Shown here: positions 12,293 through 22,859 of the stretch, piece by piece | Numbering within the stretch: position 1 is the stretch's first letter | Layout of the letters: each line of letters opens with the position of its first letter | NCBI GenBank assembly: GCA_963666345.1 | Contig: OY762721.1 | Coordinates: 1,824,001 to 1,888,000, forward strand | DNA from: Desulfatiglandales bacterium | Lineage (GTDB): Bacteria > Desulfobacterota > DSM-4660 > Desulfatiglandales > Desulfatiglandaceae | Direction: 5' to 3' | Length of the DNA stretch: 64,000 nucleotides | The notes under the pieces: model-generated | What the model was told of the DNA's origin: nothing | Database searches by the model: none | What the model saw: the letters and a program-made list of their open reading frames with translations, nothing else | Position numbers and translations under genes: made by a program

Positions 12293-13768
12293 ATGCAAAT
12301 CAGTCTGCGTACACGGATATACTCTCTACTATCGGCCCTCGTGCTCATAACACTTTTGGGAGGTCTTGTGATGATGTGGTACACCTACCGCATGCAGAGC
12401 CTTTTCACAAGTATAGTCGACCGATATATAGAGGCCTTTCAGGCTGCTGAGGAGCTTGAAACCGCCCTTGCCAACCAGAAAGGCTTTGTCTCCTATTACC
12501 TGCTTGAGGGAGATGCCGAATGGCTCAGCAAACTGGGTGAGAACAGGCAGATATTCAAGGAACAGCTCAATAAGGCAAAAAACCTTGCCGAGGCTGAAGA
12601 GCAAAAGGAGAAGCTGGAGCAGATAGAATGGGAAAATGCCGTGTATATAGCCTCAAAAGACCGGGTAATAGATTATTACAGGAAGGGAGAGGTTGAACAG
12701 GGTACGAGGCTCCACTCCGAGGTGCGGGCACATTTCAATAAGATCCTGGAAATGTGCGAGCAACACAAAGAGACCTACAGGGAGATAATAAGACAGGCAA
12801 GAATCAAAAGCGGCAGACAGGGGGCGAGGCTCAGGATTGTAGCGGGTTCTGCGATTATTATGGTTATCTTTCTTGGCTTTCTCCTCATATTTGTCCTTTT
12901 CAAACAAATACTTTTCCCCTTAAGAAAACTGGCCATGGAGGTCTATAGACAGGGTGACAATTACGAATCGGACGACGAGATAAAGGCACTGAGCAGGAGC
13001 GTTCATGAATTGATAGAGGATATCGACTATACACATTTTGAACTGGAAAAAAGCCGTGAAAGTCTCCTGCAATCCGAGAAGATGGCACTGGTGGGGAGGC
13101 TTGCCGCAGGGATGGCCCACAGTATCAGAAATCCTCTAACCTCAGTCAAGATGAGGTTGTTTTCACTGAGCAGAAACCTGGACCTGACGCCGAATCAGGA
13201 AGAAGATTTCGAGGTGATTTCCGAAGAGATCAGACATACGGATACGATTGTCCAGAACTTTCTTGAGTTTTCCAGACCACCTAAATTAAAGATGCAGAAG
13301 ATCAGTCCGTCTGAGGTTGTGGACCTGGCCATTCAATTACTTGAGCACCGCCTCAAGGCATACGATGTCGAGGCCAGGATCGACAGGTCAGGGTCACTTC
13401 CTGAAATTGAGATCGATCCTGAACAGCTCAAAGAGGTCATTGTCAATATAGTGGTAAACGCCTGCGAGGCCATGGGAAGGGGCGGAGCCATCACCATCTC
13501 TGAAGAAAAAAGTGGAGACAGGTTCACAGGAGAAAAGGCCTGCATAAAAATAACCGATAACGGACCTGGGATTCCCAAGTCTGTAAAGGGAAAAGTCCTC
13601 CAACCCTTTTTCACCACAAAAGACGAAGGAACGGGTCTCGGCCTAAGCATAGCGGTTAGGATCGTGGAACAGCATAGAGGCACTTTATCCGTGGAGTCAA
13701 AAGAGGGTGAAGGCACCTCCTTTATAATTATGCTCCCCGTAAAATCGTCAAAAGGAGTCAAGAATTGA
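12293..13768 (+). CDS. sensor histidine kinase (periplasmic four-helix-bundle-like sensor, 2 TM)
   Basis: H-box AHSIRNPL, N-box NACEA, DNGPGI and GTGLGL. Confidence 0.93.
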   Translation: MQISLRTRIYSLLSALVLITLLGGLVMMWYTYRMQSLFTSIVDRYIEAFQAAEELETALANQKGFVSYYLLEGDAEWLSKLGENRQIFKEQLNKAKNLAEAEEQKEKLEQIEWENAVYIASKDRVIDYYRKGEVEQGTRLHSEVRAHFNKILEMCEQHKETYREIIRQARIKSGRQGARLRIVAGSAIIMVIFLGFLLIFVLFKQILFPLRKLAMEVYRQGDNYESDDEIKALSRSVHELIEDIDYTHFELEKSRESLLQSEKMALVGRLAAGMAHSIRNPLTSVKMRLFSLSRNLDLTPNQEEDFEVISEEIRHTDTIVQNFLEFSRPPKLKMQKISPSEVVDLAIQLLEHRLKAYDVEARIDRSGSLPEIEIDPEQLKEVIVNIVVNACEAMGRGGAITISEEKSGDRFTGEKACIKITDNGPGIPKSVKGKVLQPFFTTKDEGTGLGLSIAVRIVEQHRGTLSVESKEGEGTSFIIMLPVKSSKGVKN

Positions 13769-15195
13769 GCACCATTCTTATAATAGATGACGACGATCAG
13801 CTGAGAAAGAGTTTTGAAAAGCTCCTCGGCGAAGAGGGCTATAAGATTAAAAGCGCAGCCTCAGGTGAAGAAGGGATAGATTTAGTCAAGGAAAGCCCGC
13901 CTGATCTGGTTATCCTTGATATGCGTCTTCCCGGCATTAACGGACTCGAAACATTCAAGATTATACATGGAATCGAGCCCAAGATCCCTGCCATAATGAT
14001 GACGGCCTTCGGCACAACGGAGACCGCTATCGAGGCCACCAAGATGGGTGCCTTTGACTATATGCTTAAGCCTTTTGACATTCCGGACATGCTTTCGGTA
14101 ATCAAACAGGCCCTTGAGGCAAGCCGCTTCATGCGCTCTCCGGTTGACATGGACCCGGTACCGTATAAGACGGTAAGGGAAGCGATTATAGGCAAAAGCA
14201 AATCCATGCAGGACATATACAAATCAATAGGAAGGGTCTCTCCCACGGATGCGACAGTACTTGTAAGGGGTGAATCGGGAACAGGAAAGGAACTCGTTGC
14301 TCGAGCCATATACCAGCATAGCCTCAGGGCCGACAAACCGTTTCTGGTCATCAACTGCGTGGCGATACCTGAAAATCTCCTCGAAAGTGAGCTTTTCGGA
14401 TATGAAAAGGGGGCCTTCACCGGGGCCGCTCACAGGCGGGTTGGAAAAATGGAGCAGGCAAACGGGGGCACTATTTTCCTTGACGAAATAGGTGACATGC
14501 CCTTCAGCATTCAGGCCAAGATACTCAGGCTCCTTCAGGAAAAGAGTATCGAACGGCTGGGAGGACGAGAAACCATACCGGTGGATGTCCGAATAATTGC
14601 CGCTACAAACCGAAATCTCGAGGCGGCCCTTGAAGAGGGAAGGTTTCGTGAGGATCTCTACTACCGCCTGAAGGTCGTTACCATATTACTTCCACCTCTG
14701 CGTAACAGAGAGGATGATATCCCGTTACTGACAGAATATTTTCTCAGCCGGTATGCACATGAATCAGGCATGGATAACCACGGGATAACCAATGAGGCCC
14801 TGGCCCGGTTAAGCGGCTATAACTGGCCGGGAAACGTGAGGGAGCTGGGTAATACCATGCAGAAGGCCCTCATTTTTAACCGCGGGGGGCCGATAGGTCC
14901 TTCAGATATAAGACAGGCAATAAGTGGAAAGGACTCCTATTCGGAAATCGGCGAACAGGGAAACAATGATGTAATGCGGCAATGGGTAAGAGAGGCACTG
15001 GCCTCTGAAATAAGCGAAAACATGTTTGATTCCTGCATTGATAAATTTGCAAGTATGCTGATAAGCGAGGCACTGAAGATAACCGGTGGAAACCGGTCCA
15101 AGGCTGCCAGGTTACTAGGCCTTTCAAGGCCTACCCTTCATTCAAAAATAGAGAAATATAACCTCCGCCTGGAGACATCGGTAAAGGGAGAATAA
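13765..15195 (+). CDS. sigma-54-dependent response regulator (NtrC family)
   Basis: Receiver domain, GESGTGKE, GAFTGA, FLDEIG and C-terminal Fis HTH. Overlaps the HK stop codon. Confidence 0.96.
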   Translation: MSTILIIDDDDQLRKSFEKLLGEEGYKIKSAASGEEGIDLVKESPPDLVILDMRLPGINGLETFKIIHGIEPKIPAIMMTAFGTTETAIEATKMGAFDYMLKPFDIPDMLSVIKQALEASRFMRSPVDMDPVPYKTVREAIIGKSKSMQDIYKSIGRVSPTDATVLVRGESGTGKELVARAIYQHSLRADKPFLVINCVAIPENLLESELFGYEKGAFTGAAHRRVGKMEQANGGTIFLDEIGDMPFSIQAKILRLLQEKSIERLGGRETIPVDVRIIAATNRNLEAALEEGRFREDLYYRLKVVTILLPPLRNREDDIPLLTEYFLSRYAHESGMDNHGITNEALARLSGYNWPGNVRELGNTMQKALIFNRGGPIGPSDIRQAISGKDSYSEIGEQGNNDVMRQWVREALASEISENMFDSCIDKFASMLISEALKITGGNRSKAARLLGLSRPTLHSKIEKYNLRLETSVKGE

Positions 15196-15267
15196 GGAAT
15201 CCAGGACCACAGAAGATGATTTTCTACAATGGAATACCCCGCTGTTTGTTGAGGTCTTTTTACATAT

Positions 15268-15284
15268 TGTAAAAAAAACAGACA
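15268..15284. promoter_or_regulatory. putative enhancer (UAS) for a sigma-54 activator, TGT-N11-ACA
   Basis: TGTAAAAAAAACAGACA about 105 bp upstream of a -24/-12 box. Similar motifs occur before three other sigma-54 promoters. Confidence 0.6.
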
Positions 15285-15380
15285 GCAAAGCACCTCCTTT
15301 CCGAGGCAGCCCCCTTCCATAATTGTCGATATTCCCATTATATTCTGCATGTTATCAATCATAGAGAACCGTCCCGAGTT

Positions 15381-15396
15381 TGGCACATGAGTTGCT
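15381..15396 (+). promoter_or_regulatory. sigma-54 promoter (-24/-12)
   Basis: TGGCACATGAGTTGCT matches TGGCAC-N5-TTGC. Confidence 0.85.
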
Positions 15397-15795
15397 TCCT
15401 ATTTATCTAAAGGTAGATTTTGAGAAGTACCCTTCCTGAAAGAGCAGAAAACTAGCTTTACATAATGAAATCATCTCCAAAAGAGTTGATTCTTGAGGAT
15501 AGGATTTCAAGGGTTTTAAAAGCCCCAACAGATAGCAATTTCAGGCAAAAACAGGAAAGCCGTGAACAGTAACGACTCTGAGGTCCATCGCTTGGGCCCT
15601 TGAGTCGTGGAAATTGAAGGCCTGTTTTTCGAACTTAACTGGGTAAGTGTCCTGTAATATAATTTTTATCCGGCATTTACCTCACCGGAGGAACTCCTCA
15701 AACAAGGGGATTAAAAATGATTCCTCGCGGGGGTAATTTTTAGGTATCATTCATCAAGCCTGCATTGCTTGGGCTCAAAAAAAGGAGGTGCCGCC

Positions 15796-16479
15796 ATGCT
15801 GGTGAAAAATTGGATGAGCACGGATTTAATTACAATCGATGTTGACGATTCCATGCAGAATGCAGTCAATCTGCTCAGGGAAAAAGGCATAAACATGATG
15901 CCGGTCCTTGAAAATGGACTGCTTGCAGGGGTCATAAGCGATCGGGATTTGAGAAAGGCCTCAGCATCTGATGCGACCTTGCTTGAGACCCATGAGTTAC
16001 GCTACCTGCTTCTGAAAATAAAGGTAAGAGACATAATGTCAAAGGCACCTGTTACAGTCACGCCCGAATTCACGGTCGAAGAGACGGCCCAGATGATGCT
16101 GGAAAAAGGAATTTCCGGTGTTCCGGTGGTGGAAAAGGCGGGCAATGTGGTGGGAGTTATAACCAAGACAGATATCTTTAAGGTATTGATCGCCCTTACC
16201 GGAGTGGGAAAACGAGGCATCCAGTTCGCCTTCCAACTTGAAGACAGTTCAGGGTCCATAAAGAAAGTTGCTGATATTATAAGGAATTTCGGGGGCCGAA
16301 TGATAAGCATACTGAGTTCCTATGAAAATGCCCCCCCCGGATACAGGAAGGTCTACATCCGCGTGTTTGAAATTGAAAGAGACAAGCTTCTTGGACTTCA
16401 AGATGCATTAAGGGAAAAATTTCAACTACTGTACATGGTAGACCATAGAGAAAACAGAAGAGAGATCTTCGACCATTAA
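15796..16479 (+). CDS. CBS-pair plus ACT domain protein (AcuB-like)
   Basis: Two CBS repeats (GVISDRDL, GVITKTDI) and a C-terminal ACT-like domain. AGGAGG RBS before ATG 15796. Confidence 0.9.
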   Translation: MLVKNWMSTDLITIDVDDSMQNAVNLLREKGINMMPVLENGLLAGVISDRDLRKASASDATLLETHELRYLLLKIKVRDIMSKAPVTVTPEFTVEETAQMMLEKGISGVPVVEKAGNVVGVITKTDIFKVLIALTGVGKRGIQFAFQLEDSSGSIKKVADIIRNFGGRMISILSSYENAPPGYRKVYIRVFEIERDKLLGLQDALREKFQLLYMVDHRENRREIFDH

Positions 16480-16591
16480 ACAGGGCCGAAACAATCTAAA
16501 AAGATCTTGTTTCTCCGTATCACAGGACAGCTCATTTTTGATACTGAAAAGCCATTTTTATTCGCCATGATCGGAGCAGCTTTTTTCACTT

Positions 16592-16608
16592 TGTAAAAAA
16601 AATTGACA
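16592..16608. promoter_or_regulatory. putative sigma-54 activator binding site, TGT-N11-ACA
   Basis: TGTAAAAAAAATTGACA about 110 bp upstream of a -24/-12 box. Confidence 0.6.
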
Positions 16609-16711
16609 CTTTGTCCCACATTTTAAAACCGTTGTTTTTAATTATAAAAATAATATTAACATATTCAACCGGTTATAGCTGTAAAGAGAAAATTCCGCTT
16701 CTCTTTTATAC

Positions 16712-16727
16712 TGGCATGGGACTCGCA
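16712..16727 (+). promoter_or_regulatory. sigma-54 promoter (-24/-12)
   Basis: TGGCATGGGACTCGCA with correct GG-N10-GC spacing, about 40 bp before the 16765 operon. Confidence 0.7.
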
Positions 16728-16764
16728 TTTACTTAATAAATAATATATAGAATGAGGAGTTCCT

Positions 16765-17148
16765 GTGGAAAAGAGAGTCACCATCCTGATAGCGGACCGG
16801 AACAGAAATGTGAGAGAATTTCTGAAGCGAGAAATGGCAGCTGAAAACTACGACGTCTGCCTGGCCAGGAATTGCAAAGAAGTTCTGGAAATGTTAGAGA
16901 AGAAGGTTAAAGACCTGCTGATCCTTGATCTTGATCTTCCGGATTCGAACGAGGTAGATCTGCTGAAGGATCTCCAGGAGCATTTTCCAACGCTCCCTGT
17001 TGTGGTGCACACATTTCTGTCTGACTATGCTACGCATCCTGTTGTGCTGAGCACCTCCACTTTCGTGGAGAAAAAGGGCAGCAGTGTGGAAGGCCTAAAA
17101 AAAGTGGTCTCTGACTTGCTGTTGAAATCAAAACCAAGGCCGGGCTAG
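16765..17148 (+). CDS. stand-alone receiver domain protein (atypical)
   Basis: ILIADRN, LILDLDLPD and PVVVHT. GAGGAG RBS. Confidence 0.82.
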   Translation: MEKRVTILIADRNRNVREFLKREMAAENYDVCLARNCKEVLEMLEKKVKDLLILDLDLPDSNEVDLLKDLQEHFPTLPVVVHTFLSDYATHPVVLSTSTFVEKKGSSVEGLKKVVSDLLLKSKPRPG

Positions 17149-17188
17149 ATTCCCGGCTGCATGGATCCTTGCAACCCGGAACCCTCAA

Positions 17189-18919
17189 ATGAATCGCAAC
17201 CGAACCAAACAACATGGTCATCGTCATTCCCTGGCCAGAAATATTCTTCTGACAATATTAGTTGTTTCCATTACCCCTATGGTTCTGGTCAGTGGAATTA
17301 TCCTCTATCAGTTCAATGTATCCCACCATGACAAGGTGGAGGCCCACATAAAGGAACTTGTCCAAAAGCATAAACAGAATATTGATTTTTTTCTGGAAGA
17401 GAAGCTGTCCGACATTCGCTCACTGGCAAAAACGTTCAGCTTTGAGGAACTGAGCGATGAAAGTTTTCTTGAAGACAGGTTGGCCTTATTGCAGCAACAG
17501 TATAGACATGTTTTTGTAGATGTGGGGGTAATTAACAATGCAGGGCTCCAGCTGGCCTATGCCGGTCCCTTCAAGCTGGGGAAGGCCCTTTACTCAAATG
17601 CCTCATGGTTCAAAGACGCCATGAAAAGTGAGTATGTCATAAGCGATGTCTTTTTGGGCCTGAGGGGTCTTCCACACTTTATTGTTGCCGTAAGAGACAA
17701 CTGGAATGGAGAGCCCTGGATACTCCGATCCACCATAGATTTTGTGGCCTTCAATGATCTTGTCGAAAACATCCGGATCGGGGAGACCGGATTTGCCTAT
17801 ATCCTTAATAAGGAGGGGGCATTCCAGACAAAACCGGTTCACAAAATTCTGCCGAATCCCGGCCGATATCTTGAAAAAATCTCGAAAGATGGGGAGGATA
17901 CGGCCATCCAGATTTTCGAGCAACCGGACGAAGCCGGCAAAAAAAACATCTATGCCTCTGCCGAGTTAAAGGGAGGGGACTGGATTTTAATATATCAGCA
18001 GAGGGCATCTGACGCCTATTCGGAGTTCAGAAAGGCCTTTAAACTAACTATTCTCATAAATCTGCTCGGTGGTCTCGGTATAATAATAATGGCCTATTTC
18101 CTGTCCAAACGAATGGTTAACAGGATTGACAAACTGGATAAAGAAAAGCGGATGATGAATGAGCAGGTCGTTGAAACGGGAAAGCTTGCATCTGTAGGAG
18201 AACTGGCGGCAGGTATCGCGCATGAGATCAACAACCCCGTTGCGATCATGGTTGAAGAGGCGGGATGGATAGAAGACCTTTTGGAAGATGAGGACCTTGG
18301 GAAAAGCAAAAATGTGGATGAATTCAAGAGGGCACTGGAACAGATACGTTCTCAGGGCAAAAGATGCAAGGAGATTACCCATAAACTCCTCAGTTTCGCC
18401 AGAAAAACAGACTCAAAGGTCCAGGAAGTTGACCTGAACGAGCTTATAGAAGAAATCGTCGCCCTCTCCATGCAGAGGGCCAAATACAGCAACGTTACCA
18501 TAAAAACCGACCTCCAGGAAAACCTTCCGGCCCTGCATGTATCTCAGGCGGAATTTCAGCAGGTTTTACTCAACCTGATAAATAATTCCCTCGACGCGCT
18601 GGAAAGGAAGGGAGGGATGATAGAGGTAAATTCATATACCAGAGACAACAGCGTAATAGTCGAGGTGACGGATAATGGACCGGGCATTCCAAAGGCGAAT
18701 CTTAATCGAATCTTTGATCCCTTCTTCACAACCAAACCTGTTGGAAAAGGAACCGGGCTGGGCCTATCCATCTGTTACGGTATAATCAAAAAGCTGGGTG
18801 GCGTCATAGACGTACGCAGTTCAATTGACAGGGGGACGACCTTTCTTGTCCGCTTACCCTCACCCGGGCAGGTCCAGATAGAAGATGAAAACGAACCAGG
18901 AAAGGAGATCCATTCATGA
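17189..18919 (+). CDS. sensor histidine kinase with Cache-type periplasmic domain
   Basis: 2 TM segments, AHEINNP, DNGPGI and GKGTGLGL. Confidence 0.93.
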   Translation: MNRNRTKQHGHRHSLARNILLTILVVSITPMVLVSGIILYQFNVSHHDKVEAHIKELVQKHKQNIDFFLEEKLSDIRSLAKTFSFEELSDESFLEDRLALLQQQYRHVFVDVGVINNAGLQLAYAGPFKLGKALYSNASWFKDAMKSEYVISDVFLGLRGLPHFIVAVRDNWNGEPWILRSTIDFVAFNDLVENIRIGETGFAYILNKEGAFQTKPVHKILPNPGRYLEKISKDGEDTAIQIFEQPDEAGKKNIYASAELKGGDWILIYQQRASDAYSEFRKAFKLTILINLLGGLGIIIMAYFLSKRMVNRIDKLDKEKRMMNEQVVETGKLASVGELAAGIAHEINNPVAIMVEEAGWIEDLLEDEDLGKSKNVDEFKRALEQIRSQGKRCKEITHKLLSFARKTDSKVQEVDLNELIEEIVALSMQRAKYSNVTIKTDLQENLPALHVSQAEFQQVLLNLINNSLDALERKGGMIEVNSYTRDNSVIVEVTDNGPGIPKANLNRIFDPFFTTKPVGKGTGLGLSICYGIIKKLGGVIDVRSSIDRGTTFLVRLPSPGQVQIEDENEPGKEIHS

Positions 18920-19347
18920 CTTTAGCAAACGTTCTCTTAGTAGACGATGAAGTAGCTTTCGTGGAAACCATGACCAAGCGCCTGACCAAAAGAGAGCTCA
19001 ATATCATTTCAGCCTTTTCAGGTCAGGAGGCGATTGAAAAACTCCAAAAAAATCAAGCGGTAGAGGTGGTAATACTTGATGTCAAAATGCCTGGGATGCA
19101 TGGCATCGAAACCTTGAGAGAGATAAAAAGGCTCTATCCATTGATAGAAGTGATCATGTTAACGGGGCATGCCACTGTGGAATCCGCCATAGAGGGCATG
19201 AAACATGGGGCCTTTGATTATCTCATGAAGCCTTGTGACATGGATCTGCTCATAGAGAAGGTAAAAGAGGCCGCATCCAAAAAGCGGAAACATGAGGATA
19301 AAATCATTGAGGCCCGCATGAGGGAGATTACCTCCAGAAGGGGCTAG
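18916..19347 (+). CDS. stand-alone response regulator receiver
   Basis: LVDDE, LDVKMP, LTGH and KP motifs. ATGA overlap with the HK. Confidence 0.93.
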   Translation: MTLANVLLVDDEVAFVETMTKRLTKRELNIISAFSGQEAIEKLQKNQAVEVVILDVKMPGMHGIETLREIKRLYPLIEVIMLTGHATVESAIEGMKHGAFDYLMKPCDMDLLIEKVKEAASKKRKHEDKIIEARMREITSRRG

Positions 19348-19356
19348 GGGCTTAAG

Positions 19357-19794
19357 ATGCCTGACGATTCCCATCATAAAGTCGGCTCAGGGATGGAACC
19401 CGGTCATGAAGAACAAATAAGGCTTCTTCTTGTCGACGATGAAGAGGGCTATGTAAATGTCCTGTCCAACAGGCTGGTTAAAAGAAATTTCTACGTATCA
19501 AAGGCCTGCAGCGGTTCTGATGCAATCCAGATTCTCCGCAGAAACGACTTCGATGTGGCGGTTCTTGATCTGAAGATGGAAGACATGGATGGTATTGAAG
19601 TACTCAAGATTTTCAAGCGAATGGATCCCGTGATGCCGGTTATAATGCTTACAGGGCATGGATCGGAACAGGCGGCAAGAGAAGGAATCGAATTTGGGGC
19701 CTTCGACTACCTTACAAAGCCTTGTGAGCTGGAAGAACTTATTGAAAAGATCAAAGAGGCCTTTAATTACAGCCGTAACAAGGTCCATCCTTAA
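19357..19794 (+). CDS. stand-alone response regulator receiver
   Basis: LVDDE, LDLKM, LTGH and KP motifs. Confidence 0.92.
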   Translation: MPDDSHHKVGSGMEPGHEEQIRLLLVDDEEGYVNVLSNRLVKRNFYVSKACSGSDAIQILRRNDFDVAVLDLKMEDMDGIEVLKIFKRMDPVMPVIMLTGHGSEQAAREGIEFGAFDYLTKPCELEELIEKIKEAFNYSRNKVHP

Positions 19795-19968
19795 TCTCAA
19801 ACAGGAGCTTGTTTATAGAAAATATATGTCCCTGGATATCTTACGGAATGCTGTCCGATTCTCAAAATGCGCTCCTATGAATTACTGCCCATGTTGACCA
19901 CCAAGGCTAATACCACGGAAAGACTGGAAACTGACTTTTCATTTCCTGATTACTGTTGAGGAGAAAAG

Positions 19969-21549
19969 ATGTTTTTTAAATCCAAAGCCTTTCAGCTCTG
20001 CCTCGCTCTTGTGCTCGGGGTCTTGGTTATGATCGTGCCGAGACCTGAAGGAACAAAATTCAAAATCAAGGGAGATCCCTCTCAGAGGCTGTTCCAGCTT
20101 GTCAGCCGACACTTCAGCCTTGACTCCGGGGCAGGGGATTCCCAGGCATGGTACATTTTGGAAGCCGATAAACCGGGCAATGCTGAATCCACATTTGATT
20201 TTCTGGAAAAAGAGGCCGCCGCCGCCCGGATAAAAGATATCGGGATAGAATATGTAGATGGTCTTTCGCCAAAGGCCAAACGTTTTTTGGCCGTCCTCGC
20301 GGTCCTTGTGTTTCTTTTCGTGGTTGAGCCGATACCTCTTGAAATCACCGCCATCTGCATAGGCGTATTTCTTGTGCTCATGGGCATAACCGACGTCAAA
20401 ACCGCATGGGCTCCTTATATGCATCCGGTAGTTGTATTTATCATGTGCTGCCTGATCTTCGCCATATCTCTCGACAATGCGGGCCTCACCAAACGTCTGG
20501 GGTTTTTTATAATAAAAAAGGCGGGCACAAGTGTAGTAAAATTCACTTTCATACTTGCTATCGGACTGGGAATAGCCTCCTCGTTCATGCATGATGCCGC
20601 GGCCTGTGCAATAGGCATAGTTACCATGCTCCCTCTGATGCGGGCGGTAGGAATAGAACCTCATACCAATACCGCAAAGTTCATGATGCTCTCGTTACCG
20701 TTTGCCTGCTCCTGCGGGGGGATGGGTACCCTGGTGGGAGGAGGCAGATGCATGGTAGCAGCAGCCTTTTTAAAGGAATTTACCGGAATTGAGATCACCT
20801 TTTTCGAATGGATAAAATACTGTATGCCGGCGGCCCTTCTTACCGTGCCGGCCGCTGTCTCACTTGTCTACCTGGTGTTCAGACCTGATCCCAAGCTCAA
20901 GCTGCCTGAATTCGATGAAGAAAGCGGACCATGGACCGTGATGGAAAAAAAGACACTTGCCATCATAGGCATTACCTTTATACTCTGGCTCACAAAGGGA
21001 TTGCACGGGTACCATTACTCAGTGACCGGAATGCTGGGCGTTTCCGCTCTTGTCCTTTTCGGGGTTCTCAAATGGGACGACATACACTCGAATCTTGAGT
21101 GGGGGACGGCACTTTTTATTTTCGGCGGCGGCATATCACTCGGTCTCGGCATGGGTTATTCAGGGGCCGCCAACTACTTTGCAAATCTCTTTTTCCCTCT
21201 GGTGCAGGGAGGGGGGTGGCTTCTTCTCTTTGTCGGTGTGGGTATCTTCGGTGCGTTGGTCACAAATGCTATGGCGAACGTGGCAGCGGCAGCGCTTATA
21301 CTCCCGATCGTTATTCCGATGGCACAGCTGGAGGGAATTGACCCCACAGTGCTGGCATTGTGTCTGGGAACGGCGACCTCCTTTGCCATGCTTCTGGTCA
21401 TCGGATGCCCTCCCAATGCTATTTCATACAGCTACAGGTATTTCAAGGCGGCCGATCTCACAAAGGTGGGCATGGTTGCAACACCGGTACTCCTGTTTAT
21501 ACTGGTTGCTGTAGCCGGCATATGGTGGAAAATACTGGGGCTTGTCTGA
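19969..21549 (+). CDS. SLC13/DASS family anion (di-/tricarboxylate or sulfate) permease
   Basis: Many TM helices, EPIPLEIT, GGMGTLVG and GCPPNAI motifs. Confidence 0.88.
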   Translation: MFFKSKAFQLCLALVLGVLVMIVPRPEGTKFKIKGDPSQRLFQLVSRHFSLDSGAGDSQAWYILEADKPGNAESTFDFLEKEAAAARIKDIGIEYVDGLSPKAKRFLAVLAVLVFLFVVEPIPLEITAICIGVFLVLMGITDVKTAWAPYMHPVVVFIMCCLIFAISLDNAGLTKRLGFFIIKKAGTSVVKFTFILAIGLGIASSFMHDAAACAIGIVTMLPLMRAVGIEPHTNTAKFMMLSLPFACSCGGMGTLVGGGRCMVAAAFLKEFTGIEITFFEWIKYCMPAALLTVPAAVSLVYLVFRPDPKLKLPEFDEESGPWTVMEKKTLAIIGITFILWLTKGLHGYHYSVTGMLGVSALVLFGVLKWDDIHSNLEWGTALFIFGGGISLGLGMGYSGAANYFANLFFPLVQGGGWLLLFVGVGIFGALVTNAMANVAAAALILPIVIPMAQLEGIDPTVLALCLGTATSFAMLLVIGCPPNAISYSYRYFKAADLTKVGMVATPVLLFILVAVAGIWWKILGLV

Positions 21550-21550
21550 C

Positions 21551-22747
21551 ATGTCCGGGGGCAAAATCGATATCCTGATTGTAGATGATGAGACCGCCTT
21601 TCGCAACACACTTGCAAAGAGGTTGGCCAAAAGGGGATTTTCAGTCAAAGAGGCGGGAAACGCCGAAGAATGCCTTTCGGTTATTGAGAAATTCCTGCCG
21701 GAACTGATTGTTATGGATGTGAAGATGCCCGGGTTGAGCGGGATAGAAGCCCTTGAAATAATCAAGAGGGACTACCCGGGCATTGAGATAATCCTTCTCA
21801 CCGGTCATGCCAGTACTAAAGATGGAGTAGAAGGTATCAAGGCGGGGGCCTTTGATTATCTTAGCAAACCTGTTGAACTTGACCACCTGATAGGCAAGAT
21901 TAATCAGGCCGGGGAAAAGGTTAGAAGAATCGAGGAAAAGAAAAGAGAGGCGGAATTCAGGGCAAAGATGGAACAGCAGATAATCGCTACTGAAAGGCTC
22001 GCCTCGCTCGGCACGCTTGCCAGCGGAGTAGCTCATGAGATCAACAACCCCCTGGCAATAATCGGGGAATCCGCCGGATGGATGAAATCGATACTTGAAA
22101 AGGAGGAACTCGCATCAATACCTAGAAGGTCGGATCTTGAGAACGCCCTGGGGAAGATAGAAAACGCCATTGAAAGGGCCAAAATAATAACACACCAGTT
22201 ACTCGGTATAGCAAGAAAGAACGACTCCTCATTGTCCGTCATAGACATCGCCCACCTGATCTTTGAAACAACACAGCTGCTCGAAAGGGATGCCGAAAAT
22301 CGGGATATTGAAATCATTCGGGACGTGCGATTATCAAGCCCTGAAATATGGAGCGATCCATATCAGTTGAGGCAGGTGTTCATAAATCTGATGACAAACG
22401 CAATGCATTCCATAGGTTCTTCAGGAACTATCACGCTAAGACTTGAGGACAACCGGAAGGAGGTTTTTGTAAAGGTCATTGATAACGGCACAGGCATTGC
22501 CGGGGAAAACCTGGAAAGGATATTTGAGCCCTTTTTCAGCACAAAATCTCCGGGAGAAGGAACAGGTCTTGGTCTTTATGTCACCAGGGGTATACTGGAA
22601 AAACTGGGCGGCAGGATAGACGTTGAAAGCAGCTATGGCAAGGGAGCGAGCTTTACGGTCACTCTTCCGAGAAGATATCCATCTGGCATGGAATCTAAGG
22701 TCAAAAACGACCCCGGAATGTTTGAAAAATTGTTTAATAGGGGATAA
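21551..22747 (+). CDS. hybrid receiver-histidine kinase (cytoplasmic)
   Basis: N-terminal receiver (IVDDE, MDVKMP), then AHEINNP and GTGLGL. No TM segment. Confidence 0.92.
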   Translation: MSGGKIDILIVDDETAFRNTLAKRLAKRGFSVKEAGNAEECLSVIEKFLPELIVMDVKMPGLSGIEALEIIKRDYPGIEIILLTGHASTKDGVEGIKAGAFDYLSKPVELDHLIGKINQAGEKVRRIEEKKREAEFRAKMEQQIIATERLASLGTLASGVAHEINNPLAIIGESAGWMKSILEKEELASIPRRSDLENALGKIENAIERAKIITHQLLGIARKNDSSLSVIDIAHLIFETTQLLERDAENRDIEIIRDVRLSSPEIWSDPYQLRQVFINLMTNAMHSIGSSGTITLRLEDNRKEVFVKVIDNGTGIAGENLERIFEPFFSTKSPGEGTGLGLYVTRGILEKLGGRIDVESSYGKGASFTVTLPRRYPSGMESKVKNDPGMFEKLFNRG

Positions 22748-22859
22748 TATTACGGAGGAGACCTTAAAGGATTGGCAAATTACCCCAAGGCCCCTTTTTT
22801 TAACCTGAATCGGCGAAACACATGCTTTTAAGGATTATAAAAACAGGAGTTCCACTGAA

